Assembly (NCBI RefSeq): GCF_036971445.1
Contig: NC_091482.1
Coordinates: 61,690,001-61,754,000, forward strand
Reading direction: 5' to 3'
Length of the DNA stretch: 64,000 nucleotides
Origin: Narcine bancroftii
Lineage: Eukaryota
In this document: piece after piece, positions 1 through 14,394 of the stretch
Layout: every line of letters starts with the position of its first letter
How positions within the stretch are numbered: the stretch's first letter is position 1
Translations under genes and position numbers: made by a program
The notes under the pieces: model-generated
Told to the model about the DNA's origin: nothing
Database searches by the model: none
Seen by the model: only the letters and a program-made list of their open reading frames with translations

Positions 1-659
1 TTTCACATCGATGTTTTTAATGGTGCTCTTGATGGACTTGACTAGGTTTGCCACTTTCAGCATTGCTGGATATTTGAGTTTCCAAGCCAGTCAATGTACT
101 TTCCATAGTGCACCTGTTGAAGTTTGATAAGAGTATTTGAGCATACTGGTTCTCCTCAGACTCCTTAGAAAGTAAAGCCGTTGGTGTGGTTTCTTCATGT
201 TGCCTCAATGTGCTGACTCCAGGAGAGATTGCCTGATACGACAATACCCAGGAACTTGAATGCTTTCCTCCTGCTCTGTAATATTTCTATGCCTACACTT
301 CTAATGTGTCCAGCTGGGTGTAAAGCTTTAGTGTTACTTAAATGTATGATTCCGTGTTTGATTGCACATTTCTATTTTGTGAACCCACAGTCTCGTATAG
401 AATGGAAATTGTTAATGAACAAGACCCTGTGAGCCAAGGTATTGTAATGTCGGGAGTAAGGTATAATTACATTTCAGGTTTGTCACGGACAATAGTTGCA
501 CGGTTAACCCAAATGTTAGACATTTCATGAATATAAATCACAGTATTGAGCATTATTAGATCTGAAAATACATTTGGACAGAATTATGGATGGAAGGGTT
601 GAGAGGGCCCAGTATGTAACTACATCGGGAAAGCATGGGCAGGATGGGTTGAACGGCCT

Positions 660-1500
660 GTTCCGCGCTGGATGACGACGTTCTCAGTTCCATGTTGGAC
701 TCTCCCCTGCCGCTTCTCCGGTGAAGTTGCACATGATCCAACACTGGCGATGATTTCTTCCCCAGATCCACCCCACCCAAGCGCTGCGGACTTTGCGGCG
801 AAGAGCTGACGTATTACCGCAGCCCGCTCCGACTCGGGTTCAGGGGCCGGCAGCGGACGGGCTGCGGGGCATTGCCGGCAGCGGGGCATTGCCGGCAGCG
901 GGCGGGCTGCGGGACAGCACGGTGGCCTGAAACATTGCAGCTGCGCCGGGCCACAGCGTCGCACGGCTCGGCCGGGCGGAGGCGGAGCTCCGTTCCCCGG
1001 GCAGGAGGTGGGCGCTGCCGCAGCGGGAGGGGCCACATGTGTGTGTGCGCGCAGCCCGGAGCAGGCCAGCACCATGCCCAAGAAGAAGCCGGGACCCATT
1101 CAGCTGCACCCGACTCCCGATGGATCCGCGATCAACGGCACCGCTTCGGCAGAGTGAGTGTGGGGTCCCCGGGGCTTCTCCTCCTGAACGGATGGGCGCG
1201 TCACTCTGTTCCCCATTGCACTTGAACAGTGACGACCAGGGAAGACCTTGCGGGCTTTGACGTGGGCCCGGAAAGGCTCCGAGAGATCTGGGACGAGGTG
1301 CCGGCCCGGACATCCCCACCGGTGGAAGGCGGTCTCCAGCGCGGAGAGTCCGGGCCACTCCCTGGGGAGGAAAGTGTTCCTGTCCGACGGCCCCCTCGCC
1401 CTCGGAGCGCCGGCGACACGGGCAGTGCTGTCCTGAAGGGTGGGTTGAGGGAGGGCATTCCCCATCGGCGCAACACCACGGGCGGGGAGATGGGGAGGCT
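660..1500. promoter_or_regulatory. CpG island / promoter and 5'UTR of MAP2K1
   Basis: GC- and CpG-dense stretch around the MAP2K1 ATG in an otherwise CpG-depleted background; boundaries approximate. Confidence 0.75.
1074..1153 (+). CDS. MAP2K1: MEK1 exon 1 ([27 protein letters not shown])
   Basis: accATG start; donor GA|GTGAGT; 80 nt. Confidence 0.95.
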
Positions 1501-2119
1501 GAGAGAAAGGAGGGGATTGTGGTCACAACGATGGACCAAGGCGGTCAGAAACTGAGAGAATTGGAATTGACCACAAAAATGGCAGAACAATTAAACACAC
1601 ACTTCTCTTCGCAAAGGAGAACACAGGTCATGCTCCAGCTGTGATAGGGAACCAAAGGTCTGAAGAGAGAGGCAGGAAATGCAATCTCTTGAGTCATCCA
1701 GTGTAAGTGAGAAATAGTGTTGGGGAAATGAATGAAGCTGAAGGCTGACACATCCACATGGGAGGGTAATAAAGTTGGGGGCCCTGCAAATAGCGGGCGG
1801 ATTGGCAGTCCTTTCCCACAATACTTCTGACTCTGGTAAAACACCGGGATTGAATTAAAAACATAAAGCTGGGGAAACTCAGCGGGCCAATCCGTGTACT
1901 TCATGTAACAGAGATAACCAATGTTTTGGGCTTGAGCCCTTAATTAAGCTGAGCAAAATATAGGCAGGTGCCTTGTTTATGTATTTTTGTCTTTACTATA
2001 TAAAGTATTTCTTTGCTCATACTTGTTTATTATCCTTACCTTTGCTATATAAAATATACAGTTTGACCTGAGTTTCCACAGCTGTTGTGCTTTTACTTCT
2101 GACTAAAGCAAGCTCGACA

Positions 2120-3060
2120 GGTTGGCGAGAGACAAATGTGACCCCACTATTTATCAAAGGGGGGGAAGAGAAAAAAAAGTGGGGAATCACAGACCTGTTA
2201 GTCTAATGTCAGCAGTGGGAAAATACCAGAATGTGTTAATATTGAACATCCGAAAACTGTGGAAGTATTAATGGGAATAGACAAATTCAATGTGGATTTA
2301 TGAAGGGGAAAATCATGGTCAAGAAATTACTGGATTTGAGATGATGTAAGTTGTAGAATTGTTAACAGAGAACCATATGAGGGAATGTGGTGTGTTTGGA
2401 GTTTCAGAAGCTCTTTAGTAAGGATGAGTAAGGTGCAGTGGGAATCAGTGTTTGGGCTGTAGCACTTCACAGTCTCATGGATTTAGATGCGGGAACTCTG
2501 ACATCTGGTTTGCAGTTCAAAGCTGTGTGGGATTATGAATTGTGAGGAGGAGCTCTTGTGACACATTAGTTGAGTGAGCAAATGCATGGCAGATGCAGTT
2601 TAATGTGGATAAAGACAGGTTATTAGCCAAATGGTGATAGCAAAGAGGTATGGACTAACAGTTTTGGCTGATCTTGTGTACCAGTCACTGGAAAGGTTGG
2701 TCTTCATTTGTAAAATCAAGGCTGCCTTGTTGCAGCTGCTCACCTGGTATTTTGTGTGCTGTTGAAGTGGAGGGAGTGTCACTAAGCTTTCCTGATCTGA
2801 TTCCTGGGATGATATGACTGATGAATGGGGAGGGAACATGACCAGATATATGGAGGGCTTCCTAATACTAGCGAATCTAGAACTAGGGGGTTACATCTCA
2901 GAATATAATCTGCCAAATAGAGCCAAGATCAGGAGAAATGTCTTCAGGCTGTTGGTGGTAAACCCGTGAATTCCCTTCCATGGAGGCTAGGTAGTTTATT
3001 CTAGACAGGTAGATGGATTTCCTAATGACAAAGGGATATAGGTAAGACAGGGGCGGGATA
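2120..3060 (+). mobile_element. CR1-like LINE fragment, heavily decayed
   Basis: Remnants of the RPVSL and QCGFMKGKS motifs and a CR1-type 3' region. Confidence 0.55.
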
Positions 3061-5543
3061 CTGATCGTGCTATGTTTCAATGTATACTTGGACAAGGAAC
3101 TGTAAGTTTTAAACTTTCAGGTCCTCATTTGTTTTTATATTTTATTTTTATTCCTCATTTTAGGTACAGAGGTATTGTGTTAAACTTATTTGACTAGAGA
3201 CCTGCCTGTTAGTCAAAAGAGGAGTTCAGATTCCACTTCATGGTTGGGTGTGTGAGGGCATTGGGGTTTGGGGTGAGGTATGCAGCATGTCAGTGGGTGG
3301 CATGGTTGAAACCAAGATTCTTTTGTCATGCTGGTACCAGAAAGATAGTGAAATGCCTAGGAATGCCTGAAGCTTAAGAAATTCCTGACTGAGCAACATT
3401 CCTGCAACAATCTGCTGCTTCAGGATAGAATAGAGCATGCGGGCACTGAACCATGTTTTTGACACTGCCCGGTATTTTCATATTTAACATTTTTATTATA
3501 CAAATGTGCAAACCTACACTTTGTAATTGGAAATATTACTTGGCAAACATCCACCAAAAATTTATTGGATTAAACATACCTGATGTTGGTGGTGTCCACT
3601 AGTGGTTCTGTATTTAACTCCATTAACTATGGAACAATTTACAAAAGATGCTTTACAGGTAACTTATTTTGAAATATTGGTGGTGCTGAGAATAAAGTGG
3701 GTTGTGTTGAACAATCTCCTCTCTCATGGAAGCAGTGCTCCTTCGAATTACCCAAAGTGTATGAGATTGGCAAGGCTCCAAGTTATGGTTGGCCATGTGT
3801 ACAGTGGGGTGTCAAGAACTGAAGGAGTTTGTTGGGCATGGACCCTTTGCAAGGGGAAATTGGTGCACAATTCACAGCCTGAAGTTGTATGCTGGCGCTA
3901 TACTTCCATTTGTATGCATATAATAGTCAAATTTTGTGGACCAATTTTTAGATAAAATTTAGGGGGGGTCAGCTATCACACGCACTACTTTTGACCGCAG
4001 TAAGTACCTGTGTCATTTGGAGCATCAGCAGCTGGAGCGGGTGGTAAGTCCATGTTTGGGGCATTGGGAGCTTGAATAGGTGGGCGGCCAGGGCCAAAAA
4101 TAAGGGGACGGGGTTTGACTTTTACACGAGAGTAAAATACCAGATTTTTGGGCCAAAAGTAGGGGTGTTGACTTTTATACAGTATTGACTATTTCATACA
4201 TATGTGCGGTATTTTAATTCTGCTATTTTTGATAAGTAGGGTTGAGGATTTGATTAAAACACAAGATCCAGAATGGTGACAATGTTGTAAAGAGTAACAA
4301 CTTGAAATGGACTTGTCCATCAAATCATCATTAAACACCCCATGACACTAATCCATATTTTATTTTCCCCACTTTCCCATCCAATTCCCCCCACCCAACA
4401 CCCACCAGATTCTACCACTCGCCCATACACTAGATAATTTAGCCTACAGACTTGAACATTTTTGGGATGTGGCAGGAAGCCAGAGCTCCTGAGGGAAACC
4501 CATTTGGTCACAGGAAAAACATGCAAACTCTACTCCTCCCTGGGTCACTGGAGATGTGAGCCTGTAGTGCCACGGGATCGTGATGGGCTGGGTGTGGAGA
4601 GGACATTTACTCCTAATCTAGAATGAGGAGGCACGGTTTTGGAAATGAGGGATTACCCATTTAATAAAGCTGAGGCACATTTATATTCTCTGGGTTATCG
4701 GTCATTGCAGCTTTCCTCTGCCAAGTATGGGGCAAGCAGCATCTTTAAAGATTTTAAAGAGTAGTTCTTGATAAACAAGAAAGTAAAATCATACCTTGGG
4801 TCAATGAGAATGTGGAATTGAGGGTGCTGTCCGATCAGTTGTGATCTTATTGAAGGGCGGAGCAGGTTTGCTAATTTGTCATTTCATGCTGGTGGCTGTA
4901 ACTGCAAACAGCACTATATTTGTAACAATAATATTTACTTACGAGAGCTCACTGAAGTAGGAATCAGCTTTACTTCAACATAGAAATATTTAGTGGAGGC
5001 TTGCAGCGGGATATTGCTGAGGACTTGATGGGTAGGCCCATTTCCAGAGCTGTGTTTCCTGAGAACTTTATCACTGCCCGGGTCTCGTATTTCCATCTAG
5101 TCCCCAACATTGCTTCTTAAAAATAGCTGAATTAAAATAGTTTATGGCATCATTGAACAACTTCAGACTGTGAATTGTGCACTGATTTCCCCTGGCAAAG
5201 GCTACTTGCCCAATAGTACCCTTACCCTTCAATAACCTGAACTGTACTTGAGAGCTCAGTAACCTTGAGTCTCACCAATCTCATGCATCTTGGGTAATAC
5301 AGTCGAGGTGAGGAATGACAGCCTGCATAGGAGAGAGGTGATTGTTGAACAAGTCATAACTGCATTGAGTGTGTGTGTGTTTAATTAAAATGCTAAATAT
5401 AAAAACAGTGGGAATGGAGTAATGTATCAATATGTCTGATGGAAAACGAATTATTCAAGAAATTAATACTCTGCTCAGCCACCAACTCGACATCAAGGGA
5501 ATGTTCTTATTTTCTCTAATATTTCACTGCATCATTCCTCACC

Positions 5544-5765
5544 GCACCATGGTTAGTATAGTGGTTATCACAACAGTGTTACTACGCCTGTGATTGGTTC
5601 AAATCCTGCATTGTCCGTCAGGAGTTTGTACATTCTCCCCGTGTTTGCATGGGTTTCCTCCAGGTGCTCAGGTTTTCTCCCAGCCTTCAAAACGTCCCAG
5701 GGGTTGTAGGTCAATTGTGCAGCACAGGTTTGTGGGCTGAAAGGGCCTGTTACCGTGTTGTATGT
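5544..5765 (+). mobile_element. tRNA-derived V-domain SINE (HE1-like)
   Basis: A/B-box-like head (GGTTCAAATCC) plus V-domain core GGAGTTTGTACATTCTCCCCGTG...GGGTTTCCTCC. Confidence 0.75.
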
Positions 5766-6786
5766 GTGTATCATCTCCAGTGGAAGTTTTCAGATCTAAT
5801 GTACTGCAATTCTGAAAATCTCATCTGTAGTCACTATTATGGAAATAATAGTTTCAAAACATCCTCGGGGAATAAGGACAGCACTTTAATTGTCATCTCT
5901 GGCATCAGGGCAAATTTTGGGTTCAAGACTAACTTCAGATTCTTGAGTGCAGTGATCCTGGCTGAGCTTCTCGTGCACCATTGAGGGGGGGGCTTCGTGA
6001 TTGGTGGTGCTAGCCTTTGCTGAGACGCTATTGGTCGCAGGGTGTAATAGTTTTCCCTGAATCCTGCTTGGTATTCATCCCTCAACCAGCATTCAAAAAT
6101 GGCAGAGCATTATGAATGCTCACTTTTATTTCCCCGGGAGACAATTCTAGCACGAGATGATGTAGTTTTAAAATAAAGGGGGGAAGATTTGAGAAGGAAC
6201 TGAGGAGCAACTTTTTTTACTCAGAGGGTGCTTCATATCCAGAAGGAGCTGCTGGAGGAAAGTGTGGGAGTGTGCACAATTACACTGCTCATAAATATTT
6301 TGACCTATTCATGGATAGGAAGTGCCTAGAAGTGCAGACAAATGAGATGAGTTCCAAATGCCACCTTGGTCAGCATGGATGTGTGGGCTGAAGGGCCTGC
6401 TCTGTGCTGTATAAATCTTGCCATGATGCTGTTTCATTGCCTCACAGCAGAATCTACAGCTCAGCAAGAAAGTGAGGACTGCCCTATAAACCTGGAGGCC
6501 AATCTCTATTCACCTCCCCACTTCCTCGTCAGAAGAATTTCCAGGTTGCAGTAGGTACTGGTGGGCCAGTGAATGTAGTTCAAGCTGAGGCACCTGGGGA
6601 ATTTAAATTCACTTAAATAAACCTGGTTATAATGTTGGTACCAATAGTGGTCATTATAAACCATTGAGTTGTCAATTTATTCTTTATCTGCTTCATGCAA
6701 TATTATCTGGCTTTCCCTGGCCAATGTGGTTGGCCATTAACTGACCAACAAGTCACTCAATTAAATTTGTTAACAATTTAAAAAAA

Positions 6787-7015
6787 TTTAGACATACAGC
6801 ACAGTAACAGGCCCTTTCGGCCAACAAGCCTGTGATGCCCAGTTACACCCAATTGACCGACAACCTCTGGTACATTTTGAAGGGTGAGAGGAAATCAAAG
6901 CACCAGGAGGAAACCAACCTAGACATGGGGAGAACATACAAACTCCTTACACACAGCAGGATTTGAACTCTGGACCCAATCACTGGCGCTGTAATAGCAT
7001 TGCACTAACCGTGCC
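6787..7015 (-). mobile_element. V-domain SINE
   Basis: Reverse complement of the same core. Confidence 0.7.
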
Positions 7016-9033
7016 TCAGACAGTTATGGTGGCTAAGAAATGCTAGCCTTGTACTGAGAAGGTTATGAATTTAAGATGAATGTCCTGCAGATAGTTGGCA
7101 GCTTTAAGGAGCCATATGAGGAGGAGAGGCATGTGGTTGAAGATGCAACTTTGACCTGTTGGGTGGCTGATTCAGTCTGCTCACTGGTGTTTCCCAGGGT
7201 ATTGAGAGTGATGTCTTGGCAATAGTAATAACATGGAATGTTTAGAGTACATGGTCATTACCTGGTGTAAACGTTACTTGCCACTTCTCAGCCTATGTCT
7301 GAATGCTGTCTATGAATTGCCACACAGAGGCATGGACTTGCTCATTTACTGAGGAGTTATGATAGAACTAAACACATACATCAGAGAACAGTCCACACCT
7401 CTGACTGAAGAGGGATGGAAGCAGCTGAAAGGGTTGGGATGAGGTGACTCTTGGAGCTGGGATGATTTCACCTCTATTCATAACCATCTTTGTGCGAGGG
7501 GTAATGCCAAGGGTTAGAGTCTTTCCCTTTGTTGCCATTAAACTATGATTTCACCTGGGCTCTGTCCAACGTTAATATCGAGGTCAATCATTCTCACCTC
7601 TGGAATGTAGTTCTTTGGTTTAGAGCAAGGCTGTGCATTACTGAGCAGGTTACTAGTGAGTTCCTGCTGCTGTTAATGTCTTCCATGTATTTTCTCCTTG
7701 GAGAGTAGACTGATCTCCTCAAGGCTGATTCTCGATTGTGGTGTAACTGGATAGCTGGATAACTTTTGGAGGTTGTCTCTTACATTTAACATTAAAATTT
7801 GCATATCTCCTAAAGCTCTATTGTATTGTGTAAACTCCATACTTAAACAGTTCTCAGTAGTGAGGTACTTGGGTCCAGAAGATTCTCCAAGATGAGTGCA
7901 TCTGAGGTATGCGCATATTGCATTACTCATTTGTAGAAAAATTGTTTGGTGGAATCAAGTTGTCACCTTTTTTGTCGTTCATACCATAACTACTAATGCA
8001 ATGCACAGTAAAGACGAGATGGCGTTTCTCCAGGACCATGGAGCAGATTTATATAAATAGGAGTTAAATATTAAGTCATAATATAAAAATTCATGATATA
8101 CTAGAACACATATGTTCTAGGAATTGAGGAGCTGATGGTTTTGGGTGGGGGGAAAAAAAACTGTTTGCACAATCTGGATGTGTGGGCCCGAATGCTACGG
8201 TACCTCCTTCCAGACGGCAGAAGGGAGATAAGTTCTTCATAATGTTTCTTGCCTTCCACATGCATTGTGTATTATGGATGTCCATCATGGTAAGAAAAGA
8301 GACCCCAATGATCTTCACTATCCTCTACAGGGTCTTATGGTCTGAGGTGGTACAGTTTTCAAACTAGGCAATGGGTGAGTTGGGATGAAGGAGCTGTTTT
8401 TGTGCTCTTTGACCCTATGATCTATTGCTATGATCTATTGCTTTGATCAAGTACCCATTGTATTACCATCTCCTGTGGCTTCTTGTGCCTAAATGTTTAG
8501 TGCCTAAACAAGCAGTCAGTGGATCAGTTCCCATAGTTGCCTAGAGGGTAGCAGCCACACTCAGTCCATGATCATTCCGAACATTTGCTTATTAATCAAT
8601 TATTTTTTAAAAAATCTGCTTATCTTGGCTGTTTACCTCTGATGTCAACTTCAGGTATGTTTGTTTTTTAAAAAAAAACACACTGGAAGCTATGATCCTT
8701 GGTTTCAATTCACTGGCCGCTCAGGATCTTGAGCTGTGTCTGTTATTGAGACTGGGTTGGGTGTTGCTCACTTCTTGGTGAAATGACTGATCAGGCTCAA
8801 ACATTCATCTCATTGGAAATTCTTGAACGAGGGTGGATATGCTGTTCCGTGTTACAACACGTTGGCCCTTACAGTTGTTAATGGTTGGCGGTGAATGTAG
8901 GTGGTATGATTAGTCAGCTACAGGTGACACGAAGGTTGGAGTGGTGTCGATATTGAGGAAGATTGTCCAAAGCTGCAACAGGGTGTAAATCGGGAGCAAA
9001 GTTAGCCGAGGTGGAATTTAATCCTAACAAGTG

Positions 9034-9731
9034 CAAGGCCCTGGATTTTGGGAAGACTTAAAAGGGGAGAATGGAAATGGTAAATTGTAGGGTGCTAAGG
9101 GAACTGTGCACTCCCTTTGCTCATCAACGTTCCTTAGCACCCCACAATTTTACTATTTGATCCTGTATTCTTTTCTCCTCTTGTATTTACTATAATGTGT
9201 TTAATAAAAAGATTGAAAAATAGAAAAATAGAAAAGAAGCACAGGGTTAGAGTGGGAGGAGAGGGATTTAAAGGAGGTGTGGGAGGTATTTTTTTTTGTA
9301 CACACAGATTGATATCTTGGAACTTTCTACCAGAAGAATCAGACATTTTGTTTTTAGACAGATACTTAAATGGCCAAGGCCCTGAATTTTGGGAAGAGTT
9401 AAAAGGGGAGAATGGAAATGGTAAATTGTAGGGTGCTAAGGGAACTGTGCACTCCCTTTGCTCATCAACGTTCCTTAGCACCCCACAATTTTACTATTTG
9501 ATCCTGTATTCTTTTCTCCTCTTGTATTTACTATAATGTGTTTAATAAAAAGATTGAAAAATAGAAAAGAAGCACAGGGTTAGAGTGGGAGGAGAGGGAT
9601 TAAAAGGAGGTGTGGGAGGTATTTTTTTTTGTACACACAGATTGATATTTTGGAACTTTCTACCAGAAGAATCAGACATTTTGTTTTTAGACAGATGCTT
9701 AAATGGCCAAGGCCCTGGATTTTGGGAAGAC
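9034..9731. repeat. tandem duplication: two units (341 and 333 bp) plus a 24-bp third start
   Basis: Units begin CAAGGCCCTG at 9034, 9375 and 9708; near-identical. Confidence 0.93.
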
Positions 9732-12148
9732 AAATGGGCAATGATGCTGTAAAAAGGGATGTGTAAATGTGGAAAATGGTCAGCATGGAGATGATGGGCT
9801 GAAGGGTCTGTTTCTGTGCTGCACTACTTTGCCTTTATTGGCACTTCCCTTTTATCTGCACGTCATCCTTTGGGAGTTGGTTTCACTGGTTTATCCAGAT
9901 TCATTGCTCTTGTATATTTTACTCGTGCTTCTGTCCTTGGGTGGAAAATCTTTGTCCTACCAATCGAGGGATGAAAACTTTCTGGGGGTAAGTGGGAGTC
10001 AGGCTCACTGCTAGGATGGCCTCCTGCTCCTGATGTGTTTGCCTTAATAGAATATAGAACATTACAGCGCAGTGTAGGCCCTTCAGCCCGTTATGTTGAG
10101 CTGACTTTCTCTGGATCATTTTGCAACATGGAATCCTGGTTCTGGGGTTGTTCCAGCCCTCCATGTATTTTCAGAGGTCATAGCACGTGGTATGTGCTCT
10201 GTGGATGGTATCTCCATTATCTGTATTAGCGTTAAGTTCCACCTGCACTCAGTCTGCAGAGTCCTGCATGGGCTGGTGTAGCTTAGATGTCAAGGACCTG
10301 TTGTATCAGGGTTGCTGAAGATTTAATTGGTGTACAATGATGGTTGGGTCGTTGATGCAGGACCAGAGGAATTGATGTGTCCCACCACCCCAGGGAAAGG
10401 GACTTTGGAACAGAGGAAAGAGCAGAAGGCGCAATGTTGGATGTCCTGGCAATGACTTGCCTCGGGTTTTTAAACACTGAGCTGGGGCCAGGGCAGGGGA
10501 TGGGGAGATGGGGCTGCCGTGGGCTGGAGCACGGGCCGAGGTTGCAGGGGAATCAGTCCCTTTCCCAGAAGGAGGTCAGTGTGGCTCGGGTACAGGTCCA
10601 GCTGCATTTGAATGGATATCCTGGACGCCAGTGAATTGCTGATCACCCCATGAGCTCTCTGCTTGCACTAGCTGACACAGGATTCTATAACAAAGGTACC
10701 AGGAAAAGTTTATCACCACTCAGTTTCAGGGAGGAGTCCTTCGGGGAGAGGGTTGAGAAACTTGGCAGTGGAGCTCACGTTAGGGTGAGAGGTCAGAACG
10801 CAGGAAGTGTAGAGGTGTGTGAGAGTCACTCGATGCCTCGTGGCCTGCAAGGTACAAGACTTAATGCTACAGTTCCGATCCTAGACCTTGTTTTATCATG
10901 CGGCAAAATCAGATGGATTTGGATTTCAATGTACTTTGCAGATTATTGAATGGCGTTAGAAATACTGCCACCTGCTGTTCTCTCAACATGCAGCATTACT
11001 AAGATGAGTGATTACTACGTTGTCCTCTCCTCTTGTCAAAGCTCTGGTGTGAGGCGTGATTGATTCATCGATGCCTGTGACTTGTCACATCTCTCTCAGC
11101 GACGTCAAACACTCAGCATTGAAGTATCAGAGTGTTTAAAGAGAAGGTAGATAATAAATTGAAATGTCAGGGAATTGGAAAAGGAGGTGAGTGGATTAAC
11201 AGTAAATCGTATGGCAGGGCAGGCTTGAGGGATAGAGTGTGTGGCCTCCTGGAGGATCTCAGGCACTCCTGCTGCTTGTATCTCTATCTCTCTCATTCTT
11301 TCTTTCTCTTCTCCCCCCCCCCCCTCTGAAATGGAGGTGCAGTGCAGAGAACCATTCTGTTTCCAGCCAATGTGGAACTCTGTTGTTACAGGCTCTGTGC
11401 CTTAACCTAACCTCCCCAACCCTTGCTCTCAGACCTGAGCCTGGCGGTGCTAGATTCACCACAGTGGAGTTTTCTGTTCTGTGCCTGGGCCATTCTGGAA
11501 GTTCCCCACAAACTGTGCTGTTCCTCAGTGTTTTTTGTTCCTGTGCTATTGGTATCACACGGCACACCAAGGAGGTAACTCATTGCTGGATTTGGGATTT
11601 GTGCTGCCGCTTTGTGCATTAACTCTAGTTAATTCCATCACTTCTCCTGATGATTTTCCATAACCCTGATTGTTCGTCCTTTGGTGTTTCTCTAACTAAT
11701 GTTGTGATTGAATTGTTCCGCTGCAAAGCAATCCTAATCACAACTTGCAGACACTTTCTTTACCTCTCCCATTACCACTTCGTGGTTTTTTTTAAATTTC
11801 ATTTCCTGGAATCCAAATAAAGTGTGTGATGACAGGAAGCTTTCAGGGAGTGTTGGAGGGCAGAAGGGAGCCTATTTCTAAGAGAAGCTGCCTTCTCTTG
11901 CTCATTGCTGGCCAGAGTGTCCTGACACAGTTCAACGTCTCCAGAAGTGCTGATTTATTGATCCGTTTCCTTCTAGCCAATCTCTGTCATTTTTTTTTCC
12001 TTTCAGTCTCCCTTTCTGAATAATCCAAGGTAAGCTTTGATTTCTGGCAGAGCCAGATGGATACCCCTGGGGTATGTTGCTCCAGCCCCGGATACCCTTG
12101 TGTGTCCCAGAAAGCTACTGCTGATGCCATCACCTACATTCTTGTTAA

Positions 12149-12466
<318 letters not shown>

Positions 12467-13210
12467 TAATCAGGCCCACATGAGAGTTGGCTGGAGTGCA
12501 GACTCTTGCTGGTGAAGCTAACCAGGATAGTGTGTGCAGCTAGCCTTAGAAGAAATTTCCCTTTTCCATGGACATCAGCAAACTAACATGCAGTGTTAAC
12601 ATGCTCATGCACCTGAGATGCAGCCCAGCACCCTCTCTGTGTCCACTAAGCGATCACTCTCCCAGTTCAGTGCCACGCCCCAAGTTTTCTCCACTGTAAT
12701 ATCCTCCACTTCAGATGTGAGCTCCTTCTCTGAACCCCTGGTGGGTGAGTTATTTCTTCTCATCGTCTCACAGCACAGAAACAGGCCGTTCAGCCCACCA
12801 TGTTTGTGCTGACCAGTGGCTACCCACCTGTATTAATCCTAGCCCTTGACCCTTTGCCCTCTCTCCTTGAGCAATTCAAGTACTTGACTGAACACATCCT
12901 TAAATGGTGTCAGTGACCTGCTTCCACCACTTCCTTCAGCAATGTTTTCCATGGTGACTGCTACAGTCTCAAATAACCAGCTCATCTCTTGTCTGATGTG
13001 ACGTCATCAACTTTTAAAGTTAACTCTGTTTCAGTTTCCATATCCTCTGTTCAATCCCACAGGGACTGTCTGGGACAATAAAACGAGAGGGGAATTGGTA
13101 GGTGCGGTGATTGATGTGAGGAGAGGTGGCTTCTGTAGATTGCAGGCTCCAGTGGGGATGTTATTTGAAAGGAAGAGGTAAAAATGACTGGTGTTTTTTT
13201 CCCTTCACAG

Positions 13211-13357
13211 CTGATTCACTTGGAGATAAAACCAGCCATTCGGAACCAGATCATCCGGGAGCTGCAGGTCCTGCATGAGTGCAATTCTCCCTACATCGTG
13301 GGGTTTTATGGAGCTTTCTACAGTGATGGGGAGATCAGCATCTGCATGGAACACATG
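13211..13357 (+). CDS. MAP2K1: MEK1 exon 3 ([13 protein letters not shown]...ICMEHM)
   Basis: cag| ... ATG|GTA; 147 nt. Confidence 0.97.
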
Positions 13358-13819
13358 GTACAGAAGCTGCATTACTTACACAGCAGTAGTTAGTTGGGCA
13401 AGGGACCTGTCCTCACAGGATCAGCCACACTCTTCCAGTGACAGCTTCTCTTTTCTGCACCTCCATGACTGCCTTCCTACTTCCAATTTCTGATTTAAAA
13501 ATCAGTGATTTACAATGATGAATTGCAGAAGAACTCCACATTTTCCTCACATTCTCCTGTTTGGTTTACCTAACGTCACTCCTGAATGTACGAGCCATGA
13601 TCTTGAGCTTCCCCAAACAATTTATTATCTGATGCCCCGATCTCCTAATCCAACCTCAGTTGCAGGAAAAGTTGGCCTATTTTTTAGTCATCTCTCCTTT
13701 AACCCTGGGAATCCAGTTGTTTTGGTAAATGACTGCAAGGCTACCAATGCTAGAACTACTGTCCAGCAGCTGCCACTCACGCTATTGTTGTAGACTAACT
13801 ACAGTGTTCATCAATTTGT

Positions 13820-14030
13820 TTAAACATACAGCATGGTAACAGGCTCTTTTGACCCACGAGCCCAGGCCGCCCAATTATGCTCAATTAACCTACACACCCG
13901 GTATGTTTTGTACGGTGGGAGGAACCCAGAGGAAACTCGTGCAGACGTGGGGAGAATGTACAAACTCCTTGGAGACAGTCTGGTCCTGATTGCTGGCGTT
14001 GCAACAGCTCTGCCTAACCACATCACTAAC
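13820..14030 (-). mobile_element. V-domain SINE
   Basis: Reverse complement of the same core. Confidence 0.7.
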
Positions 14031-14316
14031 TCTGCCACCTTATTCCAGTCCTGGATACAAAGGTGCACATTCCATTTTTCAGCTCATTCCTAATGTAGAA
14101 ATGTAAAACATTTCTCCAAACAACCCGAGAACTGGATTCGGGTAAATTACCAGTCTCTGGTGAAGATGGGCCCATCCTCGATCACCTTGTGTTATTGACC
14201 CTGTTGACGCTAACAGATAAAATTGTTATATAGGGATGCCTGTCGCACAATAATATAACAAAGCCATGCCATTGTTGAGTTCACTCTGGCTAGTTGTCGT
14301 GCTTAATTTCTGCCAG

Positions 14317-14394
14317 GATGGTGGATCATTGGATCAAGTGCTCAAGAAAGCTGGAAGAATTACAGAGCAAGTCCTGGGCAAAGTGAGCATAGCT
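14317..14394 (+). CDS. MAP2K1: MEK1 exon 4 ([26 protein letters not shown])
   Basis: ccag| ... |GTAAGT; 78 nt. Confidence 0.96.

Noticed and set aside
556-1590. Overlapping ORFs around the MAP2K1 promoter, including a possible divergent gene such as TIPIN
   Set aside because: GC-rich CpG-island artefacts with no recognisable protein similarity
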